A DNA stretch of 64,000 nucleotides from a virus. The notes under the pieces were generated by a model. The model saw only the letters and a list, made by a program, of their open reading frames with translations. It searched no databases and was not told the origin of the DNA. Shown here piece by piece: positions 1 to 8,774 of the stretch. Every line of letters starts with the position of its first letter. Position 1 is the first letter of the stretch. The DNA lies in IMG/VR virus record IMGVR_UViG_3300021142_000004. One strand, given 5' to 3'. Made by a program: the position numbers and the translations under genes.

Positions 1-958
1 TAGGTAAATTTGTCTCACCATCAGGTTTAATTTCCCCATAAACTTTAATTTTATGATCATCATTAGATTTAACGATATCTTCCCTATTAATATATTGTTT
101 TTTACTTAATATTGATTCAATGTTATTTAATTCGTTTTCATTTGGTTTTAATCTATCAGATTCAGAAATTACATTTTTAATATCATCAACATCAATATCC
201 ACTTTTTCATCTTCTTTTGGATCATTCTCACCCATAACCAATTGATTGAATGCAATGATTAAAGCAAGTGCCAAAGGGTCAAATACAATAACAATTAATA
301 TAATAAAGAATTTAACCACACTATTAAGTTCAACACCAAATGCTTCAGCAACAAATCTAAAACCACCTACTTCTCTTTCAATTCCGATATTGTTATTTTT
401 AACATCATTAATTTTAGAATTATAAACAACAGAACTATCTTGTAATGAACTAATTTTATTACGAATTAAAGAGGCTTCTTTATCTCTATTATCAACAGAT
501 CTTAATAAACTTCTATTAACCTTACCATTTTCAATAATTTTACCTTGATTTGATTCAAGGTTATTTAATTGATTGGTCAACATATTAATCTGAGTTTCAT
601 TTGATTTAATCTTATTATCCCAAACAGATACTTCTCTTTTAACTTGCTCCAATTTAATATTTTGTTGTTGGAACGCATTTGACAAATAACCAAATATACC
701 CGCAGATGTGATAACCATAAGAATACCAACCGCACTAGTCAAATACCATTTATTAAAACCACGAACAGTATCCCATGATTGTTTAAGATATGTCGCTGTA
801 GTTAATTTTGCAAATTCTAACGAACCTGCCATTATCATCACAGCAGTAGATGCACCACTAAAAAGTACACCTAAACCTGTCACCGAGAAAAATGCGGCAC
901 TACCCGCAATTAAAAATGCAGATATTGCCACCATTGCTTTTAACCAATTCTTTTTCAT
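1..958 (-). CDS. Multi-pass membrane protein with coiled coil (partial; runs off the window start; missing from the ORF track)
   Basis: Manual translation from ATG at 958 gives MKKNWLKAMVAISAFLIAGSAAFFSVTGLGVLF...SLEFAKL...ITSAGIFGYLS...FIILIVIVFDPLALALIIAF. The frame stays open to the window edge, with several hydrophobic helices flanking a coiled coil. Confidence 0.8.
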   Translation of the reverse strand, partial: MKKNWLKAMVAISAFLIAGSAAFFSVTGLGVLFSGASTAVMIMAGSLEFAKLTTATYLKQSWDTVRGFNKWYLTSAVGILMVITSAGIFGYLSNAFQQQNIKLEQVKREVSVWDNKIKSNETQINMLTNQLNNLESNQGKIIENGKVNRSLLRSVDNRDKEASLIRNKISSLQDSSVVYNSKINDVKNNNIGIEREVGGFRFVAEAFGVELNSVVKFFIILIVIVFDPLALALIIAFNQLVMGENDPKEDEKVDIDVDDIKNVISESDRLKPNENELNNIESILSKKQYINREDIVKSNDDHKIKVYGEIKPDGETNLP

Positions 959-959
959 A

Positions 960-1778
960 TTAATCTTGATAATTTAATAAAACAAAACTTTCGTTTCTTA
1001 ATTTCTTTATAGACTTATCTCTAAGTTGTCTAACCCTTTCCTTAGTACAACCAAATTCTTCACCCAAATCATCCAAATTCGATTCATACCCACATAACCC
1101 ATAATATTTCTCAATTATTACCTTTTCTCTATCATCCAAAACAGATAATAACATATTAACCCTCTTTTTTATTTCTTCTGGTGAATTAAATAAATCATCA
1201 GGACTTTTAATGTCATTATTTGGTATCAAATCAATTATCTGATCTCCATCCTCATTTATTGGGTCAAATAATCCAACACAATAAGGTAAATCAATTGAAC
1301 CTGATTCCTCTGTTGGGTTAATCTTTGTATCGTCACCTCTTTCTTCTTGTCTTTTCTTCTTTTGTGAATCTTGAATCACATTTGTTGGGAGTCTTATTGT
1401 TCTTGAATGGTCATTCAATGCGGCAATAATTGATTGTCTAACCCACCAAACTGCATATGATATAAATTTTAAACCACTTGTAGGGTCAAATTTCTCCGCT
1501 GCCTTAATTAGTCCTATATTACCTTCAGATATTAAATCCAAAATTTCAAGACCTTGACTTTGATATGATTTTGCAACTGATATAACAAAACGTAAACAAC
1601 CAGTCACCAATTCATTCTGTAACTTTTCTTTACGTTCTTTACTAATGTTAGTTGTTCTTAATTCTTTAAAGATTTCTTCTTCTCTTTCTAATGTTAAGAG
1701 TGGATACTGACGAATATCTTTCATGTATTGTTTTACTTCGTCTGTGTGATTTAAAATCAAGCTTATGCTACGTGTCAT
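960..1778 (-). CDS. Phage-encoded RNA polymerase sigma70-family factor (RpoD/RpoS-like)
   Basis: Region 1.2 YMKDIRQYPLLT, region 2 LRFVISVAKSY...DLISEGNIGLIKAAEKFDP...KFISYAVWWVRQSI, region 4 HTH LGEEFGCTKERVRQL. Confidence 0.93.
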   Translation of the reverse strand: MTRSISLILNHTDEVKQYMKDIRQYPLLTLEREEEIFKELRTTNISKERKEKLQNELVTGCLRFVISVAKSYQSQGLEILDLISEGNIGLIKAAEKFDPTSGLKFISYAVWWVRQSIIAALNDHSRTIRLPTNVIQDSQKKKRQEERGDDTKINPTEESGSIDLPYCVGLFDPINEDGDQIIDLIPNNDIKSPDDLFNSPEEIKKRVNMLLSVLDDREKVIIEKYYGLCGYESNLDDLGEEFGCTKERVRQLRDKSIKKLRNESFVLLNYQD

Positions 1779-1797
1779 ATAAAATAGTTATTTAATA

Positions 1798-1828
1798 CAA
1801 ATATAGTAAAAAAATCCAATAAAACAAA
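1798..1828 (-). promoter_or_regulatory. Bacteroidota-type housekeeping promoter (TTTG-N19-TATATTTG) upstream of the sigma gene
   Basis: Minus-strand TATATTTG at 1798-1805 with TTTG at 1825-1828, a 19-nt spacer; this fits the Bacteroides -33/-7 consensus. Confidence 0.65.
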
Positions 1829-1841
1829 TCTATTTTATTGG
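1808..1841 (-). terminator. Intrinsic terminator after the putative lysis gene pair
   Basis: CCAATAAAA...TTTTATTGG inverted repeat followed by a T-run on the minus strand. Confidence 0.5.
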
Positions 1842-1865
1842 TATGTGTAGTGATAAAAGAATGGT

Positions 1866-2315
1866 TTAGTGTCTAATAATTAAAATTAATGTAAGTATTA
1901 AAATGATTCCACCTGAAAAAATTGATGTAAATTTATTTTTTGTTTGTTGTACACCCAAATTGAATTCGAGATTTTTAACTCTATTTTCTGATAAATTATT
2001 TTCAATTTTTTCTTGATTAATTATGGAATCATAATTAACTTCTTTAATTTTCATTTTATTTATAATACTATCTTTTAAAGATAATTCATTATAAACCTCC
2101 ATTAATTCTTCATTGGTTTTTTCAAGATTTTCTTTACAAGAATCAAATCTTAATAAATCTTGGGTTATTTTTTTAACTATTGGAATAGGAAAAAATTTAT
2201 AATGTGTGGTATCTTTTTTAGTGTTGTGGGATGTATCCGTAACGGATTGTGAAAAAACTGTCGAGTTGATCGTCAGTATAATTATTAACATCATTAATCT
2301 TTTCATGATAAACAT
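1866..2315 (-). CDS. Secreted/membrane coiled-coil protein, spanin-like candidate
   Basis: N-terminal signal peptide, coiled coil and C-terminal TM helix; overlaps the upstream TM/coiled-coil gene. Confidence 0.45.
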   Translation of the reverse strand: MFIMKRLMMLIIILTINSTVFSQSVTDTSHNTKKDTTHYKFFPIPIVKKITQDLLRFDSCKENLEKTNEELMEVYNELSLKDSIINKMKIKEVNYDSIINQEKIENNLSENRVKNLEFNLGVQQTKNKFTSIFSGGIILILTLILIIRH

Positions 2316-2589
2316 TATTTATTGTTGTTTTTTCAATTTTTATTTTATTTATGTTTGAATCAATTTTATTAATTTCAACATTATAATGCGTAATATTACT
2401 ATCTAATTTTTTCTGTTTAACTTCAATCCTATTAATAGACTCATTTATTGAGTCTATTTTTTGATAAAATTCTGGATCTCTATTTTTTCCACTTATATAA
2501 TTAAAAATAAAATAGGAGATAATACAGATTATTATTAGTGAAAATATAAATTTATAATATTTTGTAAAAAAATTAAAAATAAGTGACAT
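2218..2589 (-). CDS. Membrane-anchored coiled-coil protein, i-spanin-like candidate
   Basis: Single N-terminal TM helix followed by heptad repeats; preceded by the TATTTAT motif and a start-codon hairpin. Confidence 0.45.
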   Translation of the reverse strand: MSLIFNFFTKYYKFIFSLIIICIISYFIFNYISGKNRDPEFYQKIDSINESINRIEVKQKKLDSNITHYNVEINKIDSNINKIKIEKTTINNVYHEKINDVNNYTDDQLDSFFTIRYGYIPQH

Positions 2590-2620
2590 AATATTGTTTT
2601 AAAATAAATATGTCACTTAT
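2579..2620 (-). promoter_or_regulatory. Start-codon-sequestering hairpin with embedded TATTTAT motif
   Basis: Perfect 12-bp inverted repeat ATAAGTGACATA/TATGTCACTTAT covering the ATG at 2589; TATTTAT lies at 2604-2610. Confidence 0.7.
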
Positions 2621-2626
2621 CTAAAA

Positions 2627-3301
2627 TTATCTTTTCTTGGTTATAATTTCATCAATTATACCATATTCAAGAGCGTCTTGTGATGATAACCATAGGTCTC
2701 TTGATGTATCACTCTTAACTTGTTCTGCAGTCTTACCACAATACGAACCAAGTAATTCAAATAGGGAATCATTTAATTTCTCCCACTCAATCATATCAAT
2801 TTTTGCGTCTTGGATATTACCTCTAAAACCACCACTTGATTGGTGTAACATTGTTCTTGAAAATCTCAAAGAACTTCTTTTTCCTTTAGTACCAGCACCC
2901 AATAGAATTGAACCCATAGATGCTGCCATACCTGTGTTAATCGTTCTAATGTCAGAGATAATGTAATCCATAACATCTACCATCGAAAGACCTGATTTCA
3001 CAGATCCACCGGGACTATCAATGTGCATGGTAATATCGTTTGTATCGACACTATCAAGGAACATCAATTGTGCTTGTGTTATTACCGACATATTGTCATT
3101 AACTTCACCAGCAACCCATATAATTCTTTCCATCATCAAACGAGAAAACACATCAAGTTGTGCAATGTTCAATTGACGTTCCTCAATTACATAAGGAGTA
3201 AGACTATTCTCAACTTGTTTGTTGTAATAGTGTAAATTCAAGGAACTAATTCCTTTGTCTTTGGCAAATAAACCAAAATTCTTGTAATCCGTTGGACTCA
3301 T
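2627..3301 (-). CDS. clpP: ATP-dependent Clp protease proteolytic subunit
   Basis: DVFSRLMMERII, IDSPGGSV, catalytic Ser in MAASMG, His in MLHQ, Asp in SRDLW, and EYGIID. Confidence 0.95.
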   Translation of the reverse strand: MSPTDYKNFGLFAKDKGISSLNLHYYNKQVENSLTPYVIEERQLNIAQLDVFSRLMMERIIWVAGEVNDNMSVITQAQLMFLDSVDTNDITMHIDSPGGSVKSGLSMVDVMDYIISDIRTINTGMAASMGSILLGAGTKGKRSSLRFSRTMLHQSSGGFRGNIQDAKIDMIEWEKLNDSLFELLGSYCGKTAEQVKSDTSRDLWLSSQDALEYGIIDEIITKKR

Positions 3302-3323
3302 AATTATTTATTTTTTTGTGTTG

Positions 3324-3331
3324 CAAATATA
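3324..3331 (-). promoter_or_regulatory. TAnnTTTG -7 promoter element upstream of clpP
   Basis: TATATTTG on the minus strand, about 22 nt before the ATG. Confidence 0.55.
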
Positions 3332-3347
3332 TGGTAAACTTTTTAAA

Positions 3348-5600
3348 CTACGAAATATTTTTTGTGATGAAATCTATTGAAGATATATTTTCTTCTTTTT
3401 TAATCATGATTAAATTATCTGACCAGTTTCTTATCAATGTATTATGAGAAATTACAAATATGTGTTCAAAGTAGGTTCTAATCTTCTTAAAGAACTCACC
3501 AACCATTTCTATATTCTCATCAGCAACTTTACCAAATACTTCATCCATTACAACAATGTTTGGTTTAGGTAATGAAGATATTTTAGTTAATACACTTCTT
3601 AATGCCAATGATGATATTGTCTTTTCATAACCTGAACCTGAATTCAATGGCTTAACTACTCTTGACTCATTATCAATCATTAAGAACTCAACCTCATTCT
3701 TTTCATTAATATTTAATTCCAACATGAAATGACAACTATCAGTCAACAATCTAGATAATTCTTGATTTAATAATGGTATCATATTTTTAAGAATAATCTT
3801 AGATATACCATTCTTACCATAAATTGTTAAGTAGGTTTTAAATACTTGTATCAATTCCTCTTCTGATTTAATCTTTTTAACCAAATCATCATTAACCTTT
3901 ATCTTTTCACCCATATTGGTGATTTGATTTTTGTGTTTTTCGATGAAACCATTAGTTTGTCTGATATCACCATTGGTAGTTTCAATCAATGTTTTTAAAG
4001 TAACAACTTCATTATCAATTTTTTGATTCTCTTCTAATTTTTTCTTGTTACTTTCAAAGTTATCAAGTTTAACTTGTTTCTTGTCAATGTCCAATTGTTT
4101 TTGTTCTGCCTCCAATTCATGACGAGTTCTACGAAGTTTATTCTTCTCATACTCATCATATTCTTTCTTCAGTAAATTCAATTTTTCATCTTCTTCTACC
4201 CTAAACTTCAATGATGTTTCTACTTCACTAATATGTCCTTCACAATCTTTTATTTCGTATTTTAAATCATTGATTTCATCTGTATGATCCACTTCTTCTA
4301 ATGAACGTTTACAAGTTGGACAAACACTTCCTTCCTCTAATTCTTTAATCAATTTAAGTTTTTGATCAATATCATTACGAGTTACTTTAAGGTCAAAATT
4401 AAAGTCAGAAATAGTACTTTTAATACCTTCATGTTTATCTTCATAATAATATTCAGAAGGTTCAAGAACAGAAATTTCATTGGCACTATCTAATGTTAAT
4501 TGTTTTTGTCTTTTTAAATCATTAATTTCTTTTAAAAGAACTTCCGGATTAACTTTTATTAGTTCTTGGTCAATGTTATTATTCCTTAAACGTAATGCGG
4601 TTTCTCTTTTTTCTTCAAGATCTCTTAACCTAACATTAAAATCACCCAATTTTTCAGTTAATTTAATGATTTCACTTTCAGATTCAATTATAGTATTTCT
4701 ACAAAGAGTATTATCATTTTCTAATTGTAATAAGTTATAAGTGTTAGATACCAATTTCTTAGACCATTCATTATAAATTTCTTTACAATTATCTTCCTTT
4801 GCTTTAAGTGCTTCCAAACCTAAAAACTTAGTTAAAATCTGTCCTCTTGCAGTAGGTTTAGATTCAATCAATTCTTCCAAATTATAACCAGTCGTAAGAA
4901 TGGTTGAAAGGAAGTCTTCTTGTGTTCCTATTGCAGATTCAATAAACTCTTCTGTTTCTCTTCTTTGTTCACCACTTAAATTAGTTATAGTCCCATCTGT
5001 ATTTTTCTTATAGAACTCCAATTTATTTGTAACAGTATAATCACCCGACCTACTTTTCTTCCTTGTTAAGATCCTTTCAATGAAATAATCCTCATTATCA
5101 ATTGTTATTTCCCCTTTAACTGATAACTCATTTTCATCAGAAAACCTATTGAATATTTCAATATTGGTTTTAGTTTTGGTTGTTGTATTAAAGAATAAGA
5201 ACATCAATAAGTCTACGGACATCGTAGAATTATGCGATAATATCCCATTTGAATAATATTGTTTTACCTCATCTACCTCAATATCTAATAAATCTTTATA
5301 AACACCCGTTGTCATAACAGATTTAATAACATCATTCCCATTTTCTGTTTTTATAATTTGTCCAGGAATTAATTCTTTAACTGGTAAGAATCTACCATTT
5401 TTTAATTTTATTCTATGGTTTTTAGAACAATTTAAAAATAACCCATCGGAAGTTTCAATTCTATGAACCTCTGAGTTTTTTTCTGTAATTTGACAATCCA
5501 TTATTTTTTTAAATCCATATGGTGTTTTTACTTTTAAATTTAAATCACCATATTTTTCAAATATTGTCTTAATATCACCTATTTTTATTTTTTTATTCAT
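3348..5600 (-). CDS. sbcC: SbcC/Rad50 (gp46-like) ATPase C-terminal fragment, fused to a split-intein C-part (aa 1-124)
   Basis: Intein blocks CSKNHR (B), LLDIEVDE (F) and NGILSHN|S (G, +1 Ser), followed by coiled coils, zinc hook CPTC, signature SGYE, Walker B VVMDE and H-loop ISH. Confidence 0.92.
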   Translation of the reverse strand: MNKKIKIGDIKTIFEKYGDLNLKVKTPYGFKKIMDCQITEKNSEVHRIETSDGLFLNCSKNHRIKLKNGRFLPVKELIPGQIIKTENGNDVIKSVMTTGVYKDLLDIEVDEVKQYYSNGILSHNSTMSVDLLMFLFFNTTTKTKTNIEIFNRFSDENELSVKGEITIDNEDYFIERILTRKKSRSGDYTVTNKLEFYKKNTDGTITNLSGEQRRETEEFIESAIGTQEDFLSTILTTGYNLEELIESKPTARGQILTKFLGLEALKAKEDNCKEIYNEWSKKLVSNTYNLLQLENDNTLCRNTIIESESEIIKLTEKLGDFNVRLRDLEEKRETALRLRNNNIDQELIKVNPEVLLKEINDLKRQKQLTLDSANEISVLEPSEYYYEDKHEGIKSTISDFNFDLKVTRNDIDQKLKLIKELEEGSVCPTCKRSLEEVDHTDEINDLKYEIKDCEGHISEVETSLKFRVEEDEKLNLLKKEYDEYEKNKLRRTRHELEAEQKQLDIDKKQVKLDNFESNKKKLEENQKIDNEVVTLKTLIETTNGDIRQTNGFIEKHKNQITNMGEKIKVNDDLVKKIKSEEELIQVFKTYLTIYGKNGISKIILKNMIPLLNQELSRLLTDSCHFMLELNINEKNEVEFLMIDNESRVVKPLNSGSGYEKTISSLALRSVLTKISSLPKPNIVVMDEVFGKVADENIEMVGEFFKKIRTYFEHIFVISHNTLIRNWSDNLIMIKKEENISSIDFITKNIS
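5229..5600 (-). mobile_element. Split intein C-part (124 aa) of SbcC
   Basis: MNKKIKI...VKTPYG...CSKNHRI...YSNGILSHN, followed by Ser. Confidence 0.88.
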
Positions 5601-5664
5601 ATATATTTTAACTTTTATTTATAAAAATATAATATTAGTGGAAAAACTACTGTTAGAAAAAAAA

Positions 5665-6216
5665 TTATTTTAATTCATCAGGTAAAAACCCTAATATTTT
5701 AATTATTTCATTTTCATCATATTCAATATCTATTAAAGTTTCTTCATCAACACATTTTCCACCAAAGTTTTTTGGGTTAGATTCCACAGCGGTAATACCT
5801 TCAAGTTCTGTAAAATCAATAACATTATTACCACCAAATGATAAGAAATTTGAAAATTCAATTCTCTTTATGTACCATTTGTTATAACGAACTTTATTTT
5901 CATTTAACAAATCAATTGCACCATTAACTTTATTATCTAACCTATCAATCATATCCCATTTAATGTTGATTTTATTTTCTTCAATAAAATCTTTCATTAA
6001 TTTCTTTTGGAACTGATGATCGGTGATACTATCAGAAACTTCCAATGATTTTAGTTTAGTATCATCAGTATTGATGATGTGTTTTGGAACGATTTGTACG
6101 TTTCTTGATCCATACTTATGTTGGAAGTATGTTTTTATTCTTTTAACCTTTTCTTCAGTAAAATTCTCAGGTACATCTTCCCATGTAACCTTAATAACCG
6201 GTGATTTATATTTCAT
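5665..6216 (-). CDS. sbcC: SbcC/Rad50 N-terminal fragment ending in a 29-aa split-intein N-part
   Basis: IKRIEFSNFLSFG...IDF...GITAVESNPKNFGGK (Walker A up to Lys), then intein block A CVDEETLI and a stop. Confidence 0.9.
   Translation of the reverse strand: MKYKSPVIKVTWEDVPENFTEEKVKRIKTYFQHKYGSRNVQIVPKHIINTDDTKLKSLEVSDSITDHQFQKKLMKDFIEENKINIKWDMIDRLDNKVNGAIDLLNENKVRYNKWYIKRIEFSNFLSFGGNNVIDFTELEGITAVESNPKNFGGKCVDEETLIDIEYDENEIIKILGFLPDELK
5668..5754 (-). mobile_element. Atypically short split intein N-part (29 aa)
   Basis: CVDEETLIDIEYDENEIIKILGFLPDELK* directly after the Walker A GGK. Confidence 0.85.
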
Positions 6217-6218
6217 AT

Positions 6219-6542
6219 TTAATTTATTCTATTTTCTTCAAAAAATTCTATTATTGCGTTTATTGACCAAACTATACCAGCAGTAAACATACCATCAAAA
6301 AACATATTAATAAACCATCCAAAATCTGTAAAATATTTGGATACTAAACCACCAAATACTAACGATAAGAAAAATCCAATCCATGTGGATGTACAAAGTA
6401 CACATTCAATCAATGCCCCGAAAAACAATGAATTATCTTTTATCCAATTTCTTGGTTTATCAAATATTGACCCATATACCAATATGGTACTCATTCCGTA
6501 TGCCATAAATGACCATACTAAAAAAATTACTAAATCTTTCAT
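6219..6542 (-). CDS. Small membrane protein with CxxC (DUF1360-like)
   Basis: Three hydrophobic segments and LIECVLCTSTWIG. Confidence 0.55.
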   Translation of the reverse strand: MKDLVIFLVWSFMAYGMSTILVYGSIFDKPRNWIKDNSLFFGALIECVLCTSTWIGFFLSLVFGGLVSKYFTDFGWFINMFFDGMFTAGIVWSINAIIEFFEENRIN

Positions 6543-6587
6543 ACTTTTTTTTTTACAATTATAATTAAAAATTTTTATTATACCAAA

Positions 6588-6941
6588 TTATTCATCATAA
6601 AGATCTTTTTTTGGTGTTACTTTTACCACTGGTTTCTCACCTTCTTTTATCATTTTAGTTGGTGGTGGTTCGGGTGTGTTTGGTGTTGTTTTAGCAAAAA
6701 CTTTAATAGCATGTGGGAATGGTAAATTAGATTGATCTAAAAAACCAGCATCTTCCCATTTCTTTATTGTCTCTTTTTTTAAGTCATCCAATGTTTTTAT
6801 ATTAGGTTTTTCTCCATATTTTAATATTGTAAAACCTTGTTTAAAAACTTCATTTGCTTTACCTTCAATATCTTCAATGTTGTTTAATTTACAATACTGA
6901 ATAAATTCTTTATCCAAGGTTAAGGAATACTTCTTCTCCAT
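6588..6941 (-). CDS. Hypothetical protein
   Basis: 117-aa ORF in operon context, overlapping the upstream gene. Confidence 0.7.
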   Translation of the reverse strand: MEKKYSLTLDKEFIQYCKLNNIEDIEGKANEVFKQGFTILKYGEKPNIKTLDDLKKETIKKWEDAGFLDQSNLPFPHAIKVFAKTTPNTPEPPPTKMIKEGEKPVVKVTPKKDLYDE

Positions 6942-7206
6942 TCTCTATATCTTTTATATCGTTTATTTTAAAATGTAAAAAAGGACTTTCATTCAATACA
7001 TCATGAAATGTATATTCATCACTTTCCACATCATACAAACCATAACCATGATGGTTAACTGTTTCACCAAAATTTTGTTGTATTAATGAACCTATTTGGA
7101 TAATAGGTATTTTTTTTAATAATTTAATTTTTCCCATAATTCTTTTAATTTTTCTTTTATTTTTTGGTTGATAATTTTTTTTACATTGTATGCATTCTTT
7201 CTCCAT
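6910..7206 (-). CDS. sbcD: SbcD/Mre11 (gp47-like) nuclease C-terminal fragment; likely start Met24 at 7137
   Basis: IIQIGSLIQQNFGE...HGYGLYD matches the conserved GS...FGE motif that follows GDIH in SbcD. Confidence 0.8.
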   Translation of the reverse strand: MEKECIQCKKNYQPKNKRKIKRIMGKIKLLKKIPIIQIGSLIQQNFGETVNHHGYGLYDVESDEYTFHDVLNESPFLHFKINDIKDIENGEEVFLNLG

Positions 7207-7254
7207 GTTTTTGTTGTTTATTATAAAAAAAAGGGATTCAACAAAATTTTAGTG

Positions 7255-7920
7255 TTATATTCTTTTCCAACCTTTTTTTAAATATCCATCAATATCTTTT
7301 TCATCTATTTCAATTTCTCTTTCTAAATATTTTATATCTCTCTTATGTATATCTCCACATAAAACAATATCACACCCAACAAAGTTTAATTTATCATATG
7401 CAGTTTCATCAAATTCATATCCCGTATTGGTAGTAAATCCTTGAATAGGACCATGAAATAATCCAACATGAAGTTTATCCTCTTCTACCTCAAATTCAGG
7501 TCTATTATTGTGTTGGAATAACGAATAGACTATCCAGTTAACATTATCATCAGAATACATTCCACCGTCTCTATAATAGGTTATATTCGGGTTGTTTAAT
7601 GTTTCCACAATTGGTGTGATTGTATCTAATCTATTCATATTATTTTCCAAGAAATCATGATTACCCGGTATAATGATAAGTTTACCTATTTTACTTAATT
7701 CATTGAAGAACCAAGTAACTAATACGACTTGTTCATTGGAAATATTAATTTTTTGGTGCACCACATCACCTGTTAAAACTATTCTTATTTCATCATATTC
7801 AAAACCTTTTAATTTTGGTCTTAAATCAATTAAGAATTCATTTAATTGTTTGTGATAATGTTCGTGTAATAAGAATGTACGAACATGCAAATCTGAAATG
7901 TGTACTATTTTTTTTATCAT
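7255..7920 (-). CDS. sbcD: SbcD/Mre11 (gp47-like) metallophosphoesterase nuclease N-terminal fragment
   Basis: HISDLH, TGDVVH, PGNHD, LFHG and CGDIH motifs; ends before the final GS motif. Confidence 0.9.
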   Translation of the reverse strand: MIKKIVHISDLHVRTFLLHEHYHKQLNEFLIDLRPKLKGFEYDEIRIVLTGDVVHQKINISNEQVVLVTWFFNELSKIGKLIIIPGNHDFLENNMNRLDTITPIVETLNNPNITYYRDGGMYSDDNVNWIVYSLFQHNNRPEFEVEEDKLHVGLFHGPIQGFTTNTGYEFDETAYDKLNFVGCDIVLCGDIHKRDIKYLEREIEIDEKDIDGYLKKGWKRI

Positions 7921-8774
7921 TTGTTTAAATATTTTTTTACATCCATTGTTAATACTGTGTTTATTATATCCATAGGAACTCTATATTCCTCAAATGTTGC
8001 ATCATCTTTTAACAATACAACAATACACCCAAGTAATTTTAAATTCTCATATTTAGTACCCTTTAACATCTTTAATAGTAGTTTTACATATAATGGTAAC
8101 TGAACATAATAATGTCCTAACGCTGTATTATCATATGATTTAAATGGTGGGTACATTTTTTTTGTATATGGTTGTGCAATAAAGTTTTTTGGTTGGTTTG
8201 TTTTATAATCTGAAACACATAATGATATATTAACATTTTGTTTATCCATTATTAACCAAACTTTATCAGGTTGCCCAGTATATCCTAATTCAGGATCACC
8301 TAACACAATTTCCGTATCCAATAAAACAGCATTCCTTTCTTCCATTAAATCTAAAAATTTATTTCCGGCAATAATCATCGAATCACTTTTTATAATTTGA
8401 CTTTCATCACATTCAAAAATAGGTTGTCTAACTTCTTTATAATTACCATATCTTTTTATCAATTCTTTTTCCAATTCATAATGAACTCTACTACCCATAT
8501 TCGTCGAGTAATCTGCAGCATCTTTCCATTTTTTTAATAATAATTCTTGTTCATATAAATCACCTTTTGCCATAGATAGTGATATACCTTCACTATCAAA
8601 ATGTTCATGGAAACATTTAATAACTTTGGATACTGATGGGAATGTATTCTTAACTACACCATCAGTATCTTTCATGAAATAAACGTGTTCATCTTCAATG
8701 AATGTTAATTCTAATTCTTGTCTTCTTTTTTCTAATAACTCTTTTATTTCTTTTGAAGCTTCTTTTAAATCCAT
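7917..8774 (-). CDS. PD-(D/E)XK exonuclease (Cas4/RecB-like)
   Basis: PSVS, GSRVH, TE, GQPDKVW, SDYKT and QLPLY motifs. Confidence 0.8.
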   Translation of the reverse strand: MDLKEASKEIKELLEKRRQELELTFIEDEHVYFMKDTDGVVKNTFPSVSKVIKCFHEHFDSEGISLSMAKGDLYEQELLLKKWKDAADYSTNMGSRVHYELEKELIKRYGNYKEVRQPIFECDESQIIKSDSMIIAGNKFLDLMEERNAVLLDTEIVLGDPELGYTGQPDKVWLIMDKQNVNISLCVSDYKTNQPKNFIAQPYTKKMYPPFKSYDNTALGHYYVQLPLYVKLLLKMLKGTKYENLKLLGCIVVLLKDDATFEEYRVPMDIINTVLTMDVKKYLNK

